A stretch of DNA of 64,000 nt from Flaccisagitta enflata (Eukaryota), in the NCBI GenBank assembly GCA_965153355.1, contig OZ231126.1:10602001-10666000 (forward strand), in the 5' to 3' direction. Shown here piece by piece: positions 12,267 through 26,890 of this stretch. A program made the translations under genes and the position numbers. Position 1 is the first letter of the stretch, and every line of letters begins with the position of its first letter. A model generated the notes under the pieces. The model ran no database searches and was not told where the DNA came from. It saw only the letters and a list, made by a program, of their open reading frames with translations.

Positions 12267-13381
12267 TATCTAAGCTCAGACTAGAGTCCATTGTTTGAGT
12301 GTATGTGGTGATGCAGATACTGGATACTGGATACTGGATACTGGATACCTGATTCTCTCTTATTAGATAAGACTTTTTTTATTTCATATAATGGTGTGAC
12401 AAAAAACTTTTAGGTGACACGGACATGTTAATTAGGCCTGTTTTATGCTTCAGTAAGATCAAAGAGAATGAAATGAATGACCTTTTACTGGCTTAAACTA
12501 ATTCATTAAAGATGGTGGCGCAGATACTGGATACTGGATACTGGATACTGGATACTGGATACTGGATACTGGATACTGGATACTGGATACTTGATTCTCT
12601 GTAAGCCTAGAAAATGTTGTCTTTTTGTTTTAAACATGCGACCCTTGACCCTTAATGCTAGTCTACAGTATCTAAGCTCAGACTAGAGTCCATTGTTTGA
12701 GTGTATGTGGTGATGCAGATACTGGATACTGGATACTGGATACCTGATTCTCTCTTATTAGATAAGACTTTTTTTATTTCATATAATGGTGTGACAAAAG
12801 ACTTTTAGGTGACACGGACATGTTAATTAGGCCTGTTTTATGCTTCAGTAAGATCATAGAGAATGAAATGAATGACCTTTTACTGGTTTAAACTAATTCA
12901 TCAAAGATGGTGGCGCAGATACTGGATACTGGATACTGGATACTGGATACTGGATACTGGATACTGGATACTTGATTCTCTGTAAGCCTAGAAAATGTTG
13001 TCTTTTTGTTTTAAACATGCGACCCTTGACCCTTAATGCTAGTCTACAGTATCTAAGCTCAGACTAGAGTCCATTGTTTGAGTGTATGTGGTGATGCAGA
13101 TACTGGATACTGGATACTGGATACTGGATACTAGATACTGGATACTGGATACTGGATACTGGATACTGGATACTGGATACTGGATACTTGATTCTCTGTA
13201 AGCCTAGAAAATGTTGTCTTTTTGTTTTAAACATGCGACCCTTGACCCTTAATGCTAGTCTACAGTATCTAAGCTCAGACTAGAGTCCATTGTTTGAGTG
13301 TATGTGGTGATGCAGATACTGGATACTGGATACTGGATACTGGATACCTGATTCTCTCTTATTAGATAAGACTTTTTTCAT

Positions 13382-16019
13382 GTAATGGCGGCTGTCGCCG
13401 TGAGGGAAAAAAGTCGTAAGCAGTGATAACTTTTCACCAAGCTTTTGTCTTTGTCTGCAAATCTTTTTTTCTATTACATCAAATCAAGAGCATTTGTATG
13501 TATTGATTGCATTGAATATCAGAAAAAAATAGGACTGAACCAAATGAGCTAGATGATCTAAAATGCTCAAAATCACTCAACCAGACAACCAGCCATGCTC
13601 ACTGACATGTTTTCTTGTATTTACATGCTACCATCAAAATATCTATCTATCCAATTAAAAATCAGTAAAAAAATGAGCTAAATGAGCAAAGTGAGCTAGA
13701 ATACTCAAAAATATCCTCAAAGATGAGCAACTCTGCTCACTGATATGCTTTCTTGTATTTGCAAGCTCAAACATGTATCAAAACATTCATTCATTTATCG
13801 CATTTTTAGTCGCGTGCACGCGACTCTACATCCCGCTTTGTCGGTCCGTTGGTCGGTCCCCTTTTTACTTTTTTGTCCATTACATCATTTTAAGTCATTT
13901 TAAGTCATTCTAAGTCATTTTAAGTCATTCTAAGTCATTTTAAGTCGGTTGGTTGGTCTGTCCCCTTTTTGCTTTTTTGTCCATTTTGTCCTTTTTTGAG
14001 TCATTTATATTCATTTTAATTCATTTTAATTCATTTTAATTCATTTTAAGTCATTTTAAGTCATTTTAAGTCATTCTAAGTTATTTTAAGTCATTTTAAG
14101 TCGGTTGGTTGGTCTGTCCCCTTTTTACTTTTTTGTCCATTACATCCTTTTTTGAGTCATTTTGATTCATTTTAATTCATTTTAATTCATTTTAGGTCAT
14201 TCTAAGTCATTCTAAGTCATTTTAAGTCATTTTAAGTTGGTTGGTTGGTCTGTCCCCTTTTTACTTTTTTGTCCATTACATCCTTTTTTGAGTCATTTTG
14301 ATTCATTTTAAGTCATTTTAAGTCATTCTAAGTCATTCTAAGTCATTTTAAGTCATTTTAAGTCATTTTAAGTCGGTTGGTTGGTCTGTCCCCTTTTTAC
14401 TTTTTTGTCCATTACATCCTTTTTTGAGTCATTTTGATTCATTTTAATTCATTTTAAGTCATTTTAGGTCATTCTAAGTCATTCTAAGTCATTCTAAGTC
14501 ATTCTAAGTCATTTTAAGTCATTTTAAGTTGGTTGGTTGGTCTGTCCCCTTTTTACTTTTTTGTCCATTACATCCTTTTTTGAGTCATTTTGAATCATTT
14601 TAAGTCATTTTTAGTCATTTTAAGTCATTTTAAGTCATTCTAAGTCATTCTAAATCATTTTAAGTCATTTGAAGTCATTTTAAGTTGGTTGGTTGGTCTG
14701 TCCCCTTTTTACTTTTTTGTCCATTACGTCCTTTTTAGAGTCATTTTAATTTAGTTTAAGTCATGTAAAGTCAATCTAAGTCATTCTAAGTCATTCTAAG
14801 TCATTTTAAGTTCGTTGGTTGGTCTGTCCCCTTCTTACTTTTTTGTCCATAACGTCCTTTTTTAAGACATTTTAATTCAGTATATCAATTCATATCATCT
14901 CAAGTGATTTTAAGTCACTTTAGGTCATTTCAAGTCATTTTAAGTCATTTTAAGTTATTTTAAGTCAATGTAAGTCATTTCAGTCACTTAAGGCATTTTA
15001 ATCATTTTAGGTCAATTCAAGTCAATTTAGGCCATTTTAAGTCAATTTAAGTCTTTTTAGGTCATTTTAAGTCATTTAAATTCAATGAAAGTCAATTTAA
15101 GTCACTTAGTCATTTTAGTCATTTGAAGTCATATTAAGTCGATTTGACTCAATTTGAGTCAATTGAAATTATTCTAAGTCAATTCTAGTCAATTCAAGTC
15201 ATTTAGGTTATTGTGGTCATTTTAGTCATTTGGTCATTATAGTATAGTAAGTCATATTAAGTCATTATTGGTTGTTATAGGTTATTACGTAATCAAAGGT
15301 AACCAAAGGTCATTATGCAGTTATAGGTAAATATAGGTAATCATAGGGTATTATAGGTAATCATTGGTTCTTAAAGGTCCATATCTAATCATAAGTAATT
15401 TTAGGTCATTAGATTAATTAAAGGTGATGATAGCTAATTATTGGAAATCATAATCATTTTAAAGGAAATTATCAGTTATTATAGGTATAAGTAATTATAA
15501 CTCACTGTAGGAAATTATAGGTTTTGTAATCATAGGTAATTATTGGTGATTATAGGTGATCAAGTAATTATGTAAGTCCCGCACGCGACTTATAGGTGTT
15601 GGCCTTGTTAATCAGAAAAACAGATTGTGCTAAATGAGCTAAATGAGCTGAAATGCTCAAAAACGCCCTCACAGATGAGCAGCTGTGCTCATAAACACGT
15701 TTTCTTGTATTTGCATGCTCAAACAAACATAAATACACTCTTTTATTGATCCTACACAAAATCGTAAAAAATGAAGAAAAATTTCATTCGAATTTTTCAT
15801 AAATAAATCTTTAAAAAATCATAGCGCAAAAAATATTTGTCGTAGAGCATTCTGCTTGGCGCCAAATGAAAGAGAATTATCAAATTTACTTACCCTATCA
15901 ATTTCATTGGAGGCCCCAATCGCTCGGTGGAGATTCCCAACTTTCCCATAAGAAAATGAAAACCCTGTTTCTCTCGAATATGTCAAAAAGTCGAAGACTG
16001 ACTTCGACTTTTTTCCCGA
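13382..16019 (-). mobile_element. Element C Helitron, copy 2, carrying a nested 1.8-kb insertion
   Basis: C sequence at 13382-13805 and 15610-16019; the terminal CCA and a few flank bases are missing at the left junction. Confidence 0.82.
13805..15609 (+). mobile_element. Helentron-associated (HINE/DINE-1-like) element with expanded 10-bp minisatellite, nested in Helitron C
   Basis: TTTT-AGTCGCGTGCACGCGACT 5' hairpin, GTCG/GTCC microsatellite, (AAGTCATTTT)n, then 3' CACGCGACT...GGCCTTGTT. Inserted in the T-run of the empty site CGCATTTTTAATCAG. Confidence 0.8.
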
Positions 16020-18163
16020 TAATGGTGTGACAAAAAACTTTTAGGTGACACGGACATGTTAATTAGGCCTGTTTTATGCTTCAGTAAGATCAAAGAGAAT
16101 GAAATGAATGACCTTTTACTGGCTTAAACTAATTCATTAAAGATGGTGGCACAGATACTGGATACTGGATACTGGATACTGGATACTGGATACTGGATAC
16201 TGGATACTGGATACTTGATTCTCTGTAAGCCTAGAAAATGTTGTCTTTTTGTTTTAAACATGCGACCCTTGACCCTTAATGCTAGTCTACAGTATCTAAG
16301 CTCAGACTAGAGTCCATTGTTTGAGTGTATGTGGTGATGCAGATACTGGATACTGGATACTGGATACTGGATACCTGATTCTCTCTTATTAGATAAGACT
16401 TTTTTTATTTCATATAATGGTGTGACAAAAGACTTTTAGGTGACACGGACATGTTAATTAGGCCTGTTTTATGCTTCAGTAAGATCATAGAGAATGAAAT
16501 GAATGACCTTTTACTGGTTTAAACTAATTCATCAAAGATGGTGGCGCAGATACTGGATACTGGATACTGGATACTGGATACTGGATACTGGATACTTGAT
16601 TCTCTGTAAGCCTAGAAAATGTTGTCTTTTTGTTTTAAACATGCGACCCTTGACCCTTAATGCTAGTCTACAGTATCTAAGCTCAGACTAGAGTCCATTG
16701 TTTGAGTGTATGTGGTGATGCAGATACTGGATACTGGATACTGGATACTGGATACCTGATTCTCTCTTATTAGATAAGACTTTTTTTATTTCATATAATG
16801 GTGTGACAAAAAACTTTTAGGTGACACGGACATGTTAATTAGGCCTGTTTTATGCTTCAGTAAGATCAAAGAGAATGAAATGAATGACCTTTTACTGGCT
16901 TAAACTAATTCATTAAAGATGGTGGCGCAGATACTGGATACTGGATACTGGATACTGGATACTGGATACTTGATTCTCTGTAAGCCTAGAAAATGTTGTC
17001 TTTTTGTTTTAAACATGCAACCCTTGACCCTTAATGCTAGTCTACAGTATCTAAGCTCAGACTAGAGTCCATTGTTTGAGTGTATGTGGTGATGCAGATA
17101 CTGGATACTGGATACTGGATACTGGATACCTGATTCTCTCTTATTAGATAAGACTTTTTTTATTTCATATAATGGTGTGACAAAAGACTTTTAGGTGACA
17201 CGGACATGTTAATTAGGCCTGTTTTATGCTTCAGTAAGATCATAGAGAATGAAATGAATGACCTTTTACTGGTTTAAACTAATTCATCAAAGATGGTGGC
17301 GCAGATACTGGATACTGGATACTGGATACTGGATACTGGATACTGGATACTGGATACTTGATTCTCTGTAAGCCTAGAAAATGTTGTCTTTTTGTTTTAA
17401 ACATGCGACCCTTGACCCTTAATGCTAGTCTACAGTATCTAAGCTCAGACTAGAGTCCATTGTTTGAGTGTATGTGGTGATGCAGATACTGGATACTGGA
17501 TACTGGATACTGGATACCTGATTCTCTCTTATTAGATAAGACTTTTTTTATTTCATATAATGGTGTGACAAAAAACTTTTAGGTGACACGGACATGTTAA
17601 TTAGGCCTGTTTTATGCTTCAGTAAGATCAAAGAGAATGAAATGAATGACCTTTTACTGGCTTAAACTAATTCATTAAAGATGGTGGCGCAGATACTGGA
17701 TACTGGATACTGGATACTGGATACTGGATACTGGATACTTGATTCTCTGTAAGCCTAGAAAATGTTGTCTTTTTGTTTTAAACATGCGACCCTTGACCCT
17801 TAATGCTAGTCTACAGTATCTAAGCTCAGACTAGAGTCCATTGTTTGAGTGTATGTGGTGATGCAGATACTGGATACTGGATACTGGATACCTGATTCTC
17901 TCTTATTAGATAAGACTTTTTTTATTTCATATAATGGTGTGACAAAAGACTTTTAGGTGACACGGACATGTTAATTAGGCCTGTTTTATGCTTCAGTAAG
18001 ATCATAGAGAATGAAATGAATGACCTTTTACTGGTTTAAACTAATTCATCAAAGATGGTGGCGCAGATACTGGATACTGGATACTGGATACTGGATACTG
18101 GATACTGGATACTGGATACTGGATACTTGATTCTCTGTAAGCCTAGAAAATGTTGTCTTTTTG

Positions 18164-18853
18164 TAGCAAGGAACGTGGATGGTCTTTTGTCTCTCTAAAA
18201 TGCTGACAGAGTTCTCCTCTGATCCTCTCAATTCATGTCTTTCCCTCATCGTCTCAATTCCGTAGCTCCAGGGGAGTGACGTCATGAATCCATAATGCGT
18301 TCCTCTTAATTAAGGTTACTGCATTGTCGGAATGTTGTCACCGATGTTTTTCAAAGAAAATAATGAAAAAAACTACTTTTGTTAGCTGTGATACATGAGT
18401 AAATCGGTCAGGCTAAGCAATGTTTTTCCTGAGTTCGTGGCTGGATAATTGCCGTTCCCAGCAAAGAGAGCTGTGATTGGTTAATGTGAACTGTCAAGTG
18501 ATCGCTCATTGGCTGGCTTATTGTGTTTTGAAAAGACAGAAGTCTAACGTCACATGTGGGGAATTACAGCATCCAATAGCATAGTTTTAAAGTGTCTAAG
18601 CAGCTAATCAGGAAATCATGATCAGTATGGAAACTTTACGTCAAGAATTGATCCCTTTGCAAATTTGAATTTGCTTCAAGAGCTGCCCAAATATTGTTAC
18701 CTTGCGAGGACATGAAAAATTGGATTTCTTAAGATGAGGAATGATTCGAGTTGGGATTTTTCATTGTGATAAGATATAAGACAAGGTCGGCGAGTCAGTT
18801 GACCCCAGTAAGCACAATAAATCACAATAGTTCTAAATGACCGACCCTCGCCA
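18164..18853. mobile_element. Element A, copy 3
   Basis: Same termini and TSD. Confidence 0.85.
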
Positions 18854-18903
18854 CTTTTTGTTTTAAACATGCGACCCTTGACCCTTAATGCTAGTCTACA
18901 GTA

Positions 18904-19506
18904 CAGGGTGAACATTGTCAAATGCAAAAAAGTATTAAGCTTTTACTTCTTGACGCTTCATCACCATTACCTGGAATCATTTTTCTCTTATAGTAGTATG
19001 CTTGACATTTTTTGTGTCAAAATTTCATGGGTCTGAGTTGAATAGTTTGTTCATAATATCAGTTTGAAGTAAAAAGAATATTTAGAGCTTGACCTTGATT
19101 ACTGATTTTTTTCATCTGGGCAGGTTCTTTTGGAATTGTTCTGATGTTGAAATGACTTAAGCCACAGATGCTACATTGGTCTTAAATGAAAGAGAATCAA
19201 ATTTTCTTCCAATCAAGACCAATCTGGCATTTATAGCTCAAGCTGTCTTCAAATGAGAGCAAATCGAAAAAAAAACTTTTTAGTTTAAAGAAGAAGATTT
19301 TGAGCTGAAAATGAGCTTTTTCTAGAAATGCCTCTTTTACTTCAATTTAATGTTGTGGACAAACTATCCAACTTAGACCCATGAAATTTTGATACAAAAA
19401 ACGTCAAACATAGTACTTTAAGAGAAAAGTGAATCTAGGTCATAAAAATGAAGCATCTAGAAGCAAAAGCTTAATACGTTTTTGCATTTGACAATGTTCA
19501 CTACAG
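18904..19506. mobile_element. Element B MITE, copy 4
   Basis: Same sequence; right end slightly altered (TTCACTACAG). Confidence 0.85.
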
Positions 19507-20813
19507 TATCTAAGCTCAGACTAGAGTCCATTGTTTGAGTGTATGTGGTGATGCAGATACTGGATACTGGATACTGGATACTGGATACCTGATTCTCTCT
19601 TATTAGATAAGACTTTTTTTATTTCATATAATGGTGTGACAAAAAACTTTTAGGTGACACGGACATGTTAATTAGGCCTGTTTTATGCTTCAGTAAGATC
19701 AAAGAGAATGAAATGAATGACCTTTTACTGGCTTAAACTAATTCATTAAAGATGGTGGCGCAGATACTGGATACTGGATACTGGATACTGGATACTGGAT
19801 ACTGGATACTGGATACTGGATACTGGATACTGGATACTTGATTCTCTGTAAGCCTAGAAAATGTTGTCTTTTTGTTTTAAACATGCGACCCTTGACCCTT
19901 AATGCTAGTCTACAGTATCTAAGCTCAGACTAGAGTCCATTGTTTGAGTGTATGTGGTGATGCAGATACTGGATACTGGATACTGGATACCTGATTCTCT
20001 CTTATTAGATAAGACTTTTTTTATTTCATATAATGGTGTGACAAAAGACTTTTAGGTGACACGGACATGTTAATTAGGCCTGTTTTATGCTTCAGTAAGA
20101 TCATAGAGAATGAAATGAATGACCTTTTACTGGTTTAAACTAATTCATCAAAGATGGTGGCGCAGATACTGGATACTGGATACTGGATACTGGATACTGG
20201 ATACTGGATACTGGATACTTGATTCTCTGTAAGCCTAGAAAATGTTGTCTTTTTGTTTTAAACATGCGACCCTTGACCCTTAATGCTAGTCTACAGTATC
20301 TAAGCTCAGACTAGAGTCCATTGTTTGAGTGTATGTGGTGATGCAGATACTGGATACTGGATACTGGATACTGGATACTGGATACCTGATTCTCTCTTAT
20401 TAGATAAGACTTTTTTTATTTCATATAATGGTGTGACAAAAGACTTTTAGGTGACACGGACATGTTAATTAGGCCTGTTTTATGCTTCAGTAAGATCATA
20501 GAGAATGAAATGAATGACCTTTTACTGGTTTAAACTAATTCATCAAAGATGGTGGCGCAGATACTGGATACTGGATACTGGATACTGGATACTGGATACT
20601 GGATACTGGATACTTGATTCTCTGTAAGCCTAGAAAATGTTGTCTTTTTGTTTTAAACATGCGACCCTTGACCCTTAATGCTAGTCTACAGTATCTAAGC
20701 TCAGACTAGAGTCCATTGTTTGAGTGTATGTGGTGATGCAGATACTGGATACTGGATACTGGATACTGGATACTTGATTCTCTCTTATTAGATAAGACTT
20801 TTTTTATTTCATA

Positions 20814-21650
20814 CCAGTAATGGCGGCTTGCGTGAGGAAAAAGTCGTAAGCATTGATCGCTTTTCACCAAGCTTTTGTCTTTTGTCACTGCAAATCTTTT
20901 TTTCTATTACATCAAATCAAGAGCATTTGTATGTATTGATTGCATTGAATATCAGAAAAAAATAGGACTGAACCAAATGAGCTAGATGAGCTAAAATGCT
21001 CAAAATCACTCAACCAGACAACCAGCCATGCTCACTGACATGTTTTCTTGTATTTACATGCTACCATCAAAATATCTATCTATCCAATTAAAAATCAGTA
21101 AAAAAATAAGCTAAATGAGCAAAGTGAGCTAGAATACTCAAAAATATCCTCAAAGATGAGCAACTCTGCTCACTGACATGCTTTCTTGTATTTGCAAGCT
21201 CAAACATGTATCAAAACATTCATTCATTTATCGCATTTTTAATCAGAAAAACAGAATGAGCTAAATGAGCTAAATGAGCTGAAATGCTCAAAAACGCCCT
21301 CACAGATGAGCAGCTGTGCTCATAAACATGTTTTCTTGTATTTGCATGCTCAAACAAACATAAATACACTCTTTTATTGATCCTACACAAAATCGTAAAA
21401 AATCAAAAAAAATTTCATTCGAATTTTTCATAAATAAATCTTTAAAAAATCATAGCGCGAAAAATATTTGTCGTAGAGCATTCTGCTTGGCGCCAAATGA
21501 AAGAGAATTATCAAATTTACTTACCCTATCAATTTCATTGGAGGCCCCAATCGCTCGGTGGAGATTCCCAACTTTCCCATAAGAAAATGAAAACCCTGTT
21601 TCTCTCGAATATGTCAAAAAGTTGAAGACTGACTTCGACTTTTTTCCCGA
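20814..21650 (-). mobile_element. Element C Helitron, copy 3
   Basis: TTCATA|CCAGTAATGGCGG...CGACTTTTTTCCCGA|TAATGG; hairpin partly eroded. Confidence 0.85.
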
Positions 21651-23400
21651 TAATGGTGTGACAAAAAACTTTTAGGTGACACGGACATGTTAATTAGGCC
21701 TGTTTTATGCTTCAGTAAGATCAAAGAGAATGAAATGAATGACCTTTTACTGGCTTAAACTAATTCATTAAAGATGGTGGCACAGATACTGGATACTGGA
21801 TACTGGATACTGGATACTGGATACTGGATACTGGATACTTGATTCTCTGTAAGCCTAGAAAATGTTGTCTTTTTGTTTTAAACATGCGACCCTTGACCCT
21901 TAATGCTAGTCTACAGTATCTAAGCTCAGACTAGAGTCCATTGTTTGAGTGTATGTGGTGATGCAGATACTGGATACTGGATACTGGATACTGGATACCT
22001 GATTCTCTCTTATTAGATAAGACTTTTTTTATTTCATATAATGGTGTGACAAAAGACTTTTAGGTGACACGGACATGTTAATTAGGCCTGTTTTATGCTT
22101 CAGTAAGATCATAGAGAATGAAATGAATGACCTTTTACTGGTTTAAACTAATTCATCAAAGATGGTGGCGCAGATACTGGATACTGGATACTGGATACTT
22201 GATTCTCTGTAAGCCTAGAAAATGTTGTCTTTTTGTTTTAAACATGCGACCCTTGACCCTTAATGCTAGTCTACAGTATCTAAGCTCAGACTAGAGTCCA
22301 TTGTTTGAGTGTATGTGGTGATGCAGATACTGGATACTGGATACTGGATACTGGATACCTGATTCTCTCTTATTAGATAAGACTTTTTTTATTTCATATA
22401 ATGGTGTGACAAAAGACTTTTAGGTGACACGGACATGTTAATTAGGCCTGTTTTATGCTTCAGTAAGATCATAGAGAATGAAATGAATGACCTTTTACTG
22501 GTTTAAACTAATTCATCAAAGATGGTGGCGCAGATACTGGATACTGGATACTGGATACTGGATACTGGATACTGGATACTGGATACTTGATTCTCTGTAA
22601 GCCTAGAAAATGTTGTCTTTTTGTTTTAAACATGCGACCCTTGACCCTTAATGCTAGTCTACAGTATCTAAGCTCAGACTAGAGTCCATTGTTTGAGTGT
22701 ATGTGGTGATGCAGATACTGGATACTGGATACTGGATACTGGATACCTGATTCTCTCTTATTAGATAAGACTTTTTTTATTTCATATAATGGTGTGACAA
22801 AAAACTTTTAGGTGACACGGACATGTTAATTAGGCCTGTTTTATGCTTCAGTAAGATCAAAGAGAATGAAATGAATGACCTTTTACTGGCTTAAACTAAT
22901 TCATTAAAGATGGTGGCGCAGATACTGGATACTGGATACTGGATACTGGATACTGGATACTGGATACTGGATACTTGATTCTCTGTAAGCCTAGAAAATG
23001 TTGTCTTTTTGTTTTAAACATGCGACCCTTGACCCTTAATGCTAGTCTACAGTATCTAAGCTCAGACTAGAGTCCATTGTTTGAGTGTATGTGGCAATGC
23101 AGATACTGGATACTGGATACTGGATACCTGATTCTCTCTTATTAGATAAGACTTTTTTTTATTTCATATAATTGTGTGACAAAAGACTTTTAGGTGACAC
23201 GGACATGTTATTTAGGCCTGTTTTATGCTTCATTAAGATCATAGAGAATGAAATGAATGACCTTTTACTGGTTTAAACTAATTCATCAAAGATGGTGGCG
23301 CAGATACTGGATACTGGATACTGGATACTGGATACTGGATACTGGATACTGGATACTGGATACTTGATTCTCTGTAAGCCTAGAAAATGTTGTCTTTTTG

Positions 23401-24090
23401 TAGCAAGGAACGTGGATGGTCTTTTGTCTCTCTAAAATGCTGACAGAGTTCTCCTCTGATCCTCTCAATTCATGTCTTTCCCTCATCGTCTCAATTCCGT
23501 AGCTCCAGGGGAGTGACGTCATGAATCCATAATGCGTTCCTCTTAATTAAGGTTACTGCATTGTCGGAATGTTGTCACCGATGTTTTTCAAAGAAAATAA
23601 TGAAAAAAACTACTTTTGTTAGCTGTGATACATGAGTAAATCGGTCAGGCTAAGCAATGTTTTTCCTGAGTTCGTGGCTGGATAATTGCCGTTCCCAGCA
23701 AAGAGAGCTGTGATTGGTTAATGTGAACTGTCAAGTGATCGCTCATTGGCTGGCTTATTGTGTTTTGAAAAGACAGAAGTCTAACGTCACATGTGGGGAA
23801 TTACAGCATCCAATAGCATAGTTTTAAAGTGTCTAAGCAGCTAATCAGGAAATCATGATCAGTATGGAAACTTTACGTCAAGAATTGATCCCTTTGCAAA
23901 TTTGAATTTGCTTCAAGAGCTGCCCAAATATTGTTACCTTGCGAGGACATGAAAAATTGGATTTCTTAAGATGAGGAATGATTCGAGTTGGGATTTTTCA
24001 TTGTGATAAGATATAAGACAAGGTCGGCGAGTCAGTTGACCCCAGTAAGCACAATAAATCACAATAGTTCTAAATGACCGACCCTCGCCA
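23401..24090. mobile_element. Element A, copy 4
   Basis: Same termini and TSD. Confidence 0.85.
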
Positions 24091-24140
24091 CTTTTTGTTT
24101 TAAACATGCGACCCTTGACCCTTAATGCTAGTCTACAGTA

Positions 24141-24742
24141 CAGGGTGAACATTGTCAAATGCAAAAAAGTATTAAGCTTTTACTTCTTGACGCTTCATCA
24201 CCATGACCTGGAATCATTTTTCTCTTATAGTAGTATGCTTGACATTTTTTGTGTCAAAATTTCATGGGTCTGAGTTGAATAGTTTGTTCATAATATCAGT
24301 TTGAAGTAAAAAGAATATTTAGAGCTTGACCTTGATTACTGATTTTTTTCATCTGGGCAGGTTCTTTTGGAATTGTTCTGATGTTGAAATGACTTAAGCC
24401 ACAGATGCTACATTGGTCTTAAATGAAAGAGAATCAAATTTTCTTCCAATCAAGACCAATCTGGCATTTATAGCTCAAGTTGTCTTCAAATGAGAGCAAA
24501 TCGAAAAAAAAACTTTCCAGTTTAAAGAAGAAGATTTTGACCCAAATATGAGCTTTTTCTAAAAATGCCTCTTTTACTTCAATTTAATGTTGTGGACAAA
24601 GTATCCAACTTAGACCCATGAAATTTTGATACAAAAAACGTCAATTATAGTACTTTAAGAGAAAAGTGAATCTAGGTCATAAAAATGAAGCATCTAGAAG
24701 CAAAAGCTTAATACGTTTTTGCATTTGACAATGTTCACACTG
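24141..24742. mobile_element. Element B MITE, copy 5
   Basis: Same TIRs and TA site. Confidence 0.9.
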
Positions 24743-26049
24743 TATCTAAGCTCAGACTAGAGTCCATTGTTTGAGTGTATGTGGTGATGCATATACTGGA
24801 TACTGGATACTGGATACTGGATACCTGATTCTCTCTTATTAGATAAGACTTTTTTTATTTCATATAATGGTGTGACAAAAAACTTTTAGGTGACACGGAC
24901 ATGTTAATTAGGCCTGTTTTATGCTTCAGTAAGATCAAAGAGAATGAAATGAATGACCTTTTACTGGCTTAAACTAATTCATTAAAGATGGTGGCGCAGA
25001 TACTGGATACTGGATACTGGATACTGGATACTGGATACTGGATACTGGATACTGGATACTGGATACTTGATTCTCTGTAAGCCTAGAAAATGTTGTCTTT
25101 TTGTTTTAAACATGCGACCCTTGACCCTTAATGCTAGTCTACAGTATCTAAGCTCAGACTAGAGTCCATTGTTTGAGTGTATGTGGTGATGCAGATACTG
25201 GATACTGGATACTGGATACCTGATTCTCTCTTATTAGATAAGACTTTTTTTATTTCATATAATGGTGTGACAAAAGACTTTTAGGTGACACGGACATGTT
25301 AATTAGGCCTGTTTTATGCTTCAGTAAGATCATAGAGAATGAAATGAATGACCTTTTACTGGTTTAAACTAATTCATCAAAGATGGTGGCGCAGATACTG
25401 GATACTGGATACTGGATACTGGATACTGGATACTGGATACTGGATACTTGATTCTCTGTAAGCCTAGAAAATGTTGTCTTTTTGTTTTAAACATGCGACC
25501 CTTGACCCTTAATGCTAGTATACAGTATCTAAGCTCAGACTAGAGTCCATTGTTTGAGTGTATGTGGTGATGCAGATACTGGATACTGGATACTGGATAC
25601 TGGATACTGGATACCTGATTCTCTCTTATTAGATAAGACTTTTTTTATTTCATATAATGGTGTGACAAAAGACTTTTAGGTGACACGGACATGTTAATTA
25701 GGCCTGTTTTATGCTTCAGTAAGATCATAGAGAATGAAATGAATGACCTTTTACTGGTTTAAACTAATTCATCAAAGATGGTGGCGCAGATACTGGATAC
25801 TGGATACTGGATACTGGATACTGGATACTGGATACTGGATACTGGATACTTGATTCTCTGTAAGCCTAGAAAATGTTGTCTTTTTGTTTTAAACATGCGA
25901 CCCTTGACCCTTAATGCTAGTCTACAGTATCTAAGCTCAGACTAGAGTCCATTGTTTGAGTGTATGTGGTGATGCAGATACTGGATACTGGATACTGGAT
26001 ACTGGATACTTGATTCTCTCTTATTAGATAAGACTTTTTTTATTTCATA

Positions 26050-26890
26050 CCAGTAATGGCGGCTGTCGCCGTGAGGAAAAAAGTCGTAAGCATTGATCGC
26101 TTTTCACCAAGCTTTTGTCTTTTGTCACTGCAAATCTTTTTTTCTATTACATCAAATCAAGAGCATTTGTATGTATTGATTGCATTGAATATCAGAAAAA
26201 AATAGGACTGAACCAAATGAGCTAGATGAGCTAAAATGCTCAAAATCACTCAACCAGACAACCAGCCATGCTCACTGACATGTTTTCTTGTATTTACATG
26301 CTACCATCAAAATATCTATCTATCCAATTAAAAATCAGTAAAAAAATAAGCTAAATGAGCAAAGTGAGCTAGAATACTCAAAAATATCCTCAAAGATGAG
26401 CAACTCTGCTCACTGATATGCTTTCTTGTATTTGCAAGCTCAAACATGTATCAAAACATTCATTCATTTATTGCATTTTTAATCAGAAAAACAGAATGAG
26501 CTAAATGAGCTAAATGAGCTGAAATGCTCAAAAACGCCCTCACAGATGAGCAGCTGTGCTCATAAACATGTTTTCTTGTATTTGCATGCTCAAACAAACA
26601 TAAATACACTCTTTTATTGATCCTACACAAAATCGTAAAAAAAAAAAAAAAATTTCATTCGAATTTTTCATAAATAAATCTTTAAAAAATCATAGCGCGA
26701 AAAATATTTGTCGTAGAGCATTCTGCTTGGCGCCAAATGAAAGAGAATTATCAAATTTACTTACCCTATCAATTTCATTGGAGGCCCCAATCGCTCGGTG
26801 GAGATTCCCAACTTTCCCATAAGAAAATGAAAACCCTGTTTCTCTCGAATATGTCAAAAAAGTGAAGACTGACTTCGACTTTTTTCCCGA
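26050..26890 (-). mobile_element. Element C Helitron, copy 4
   Basis: Intact termini as in copy 1. Confidence 0.87.
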
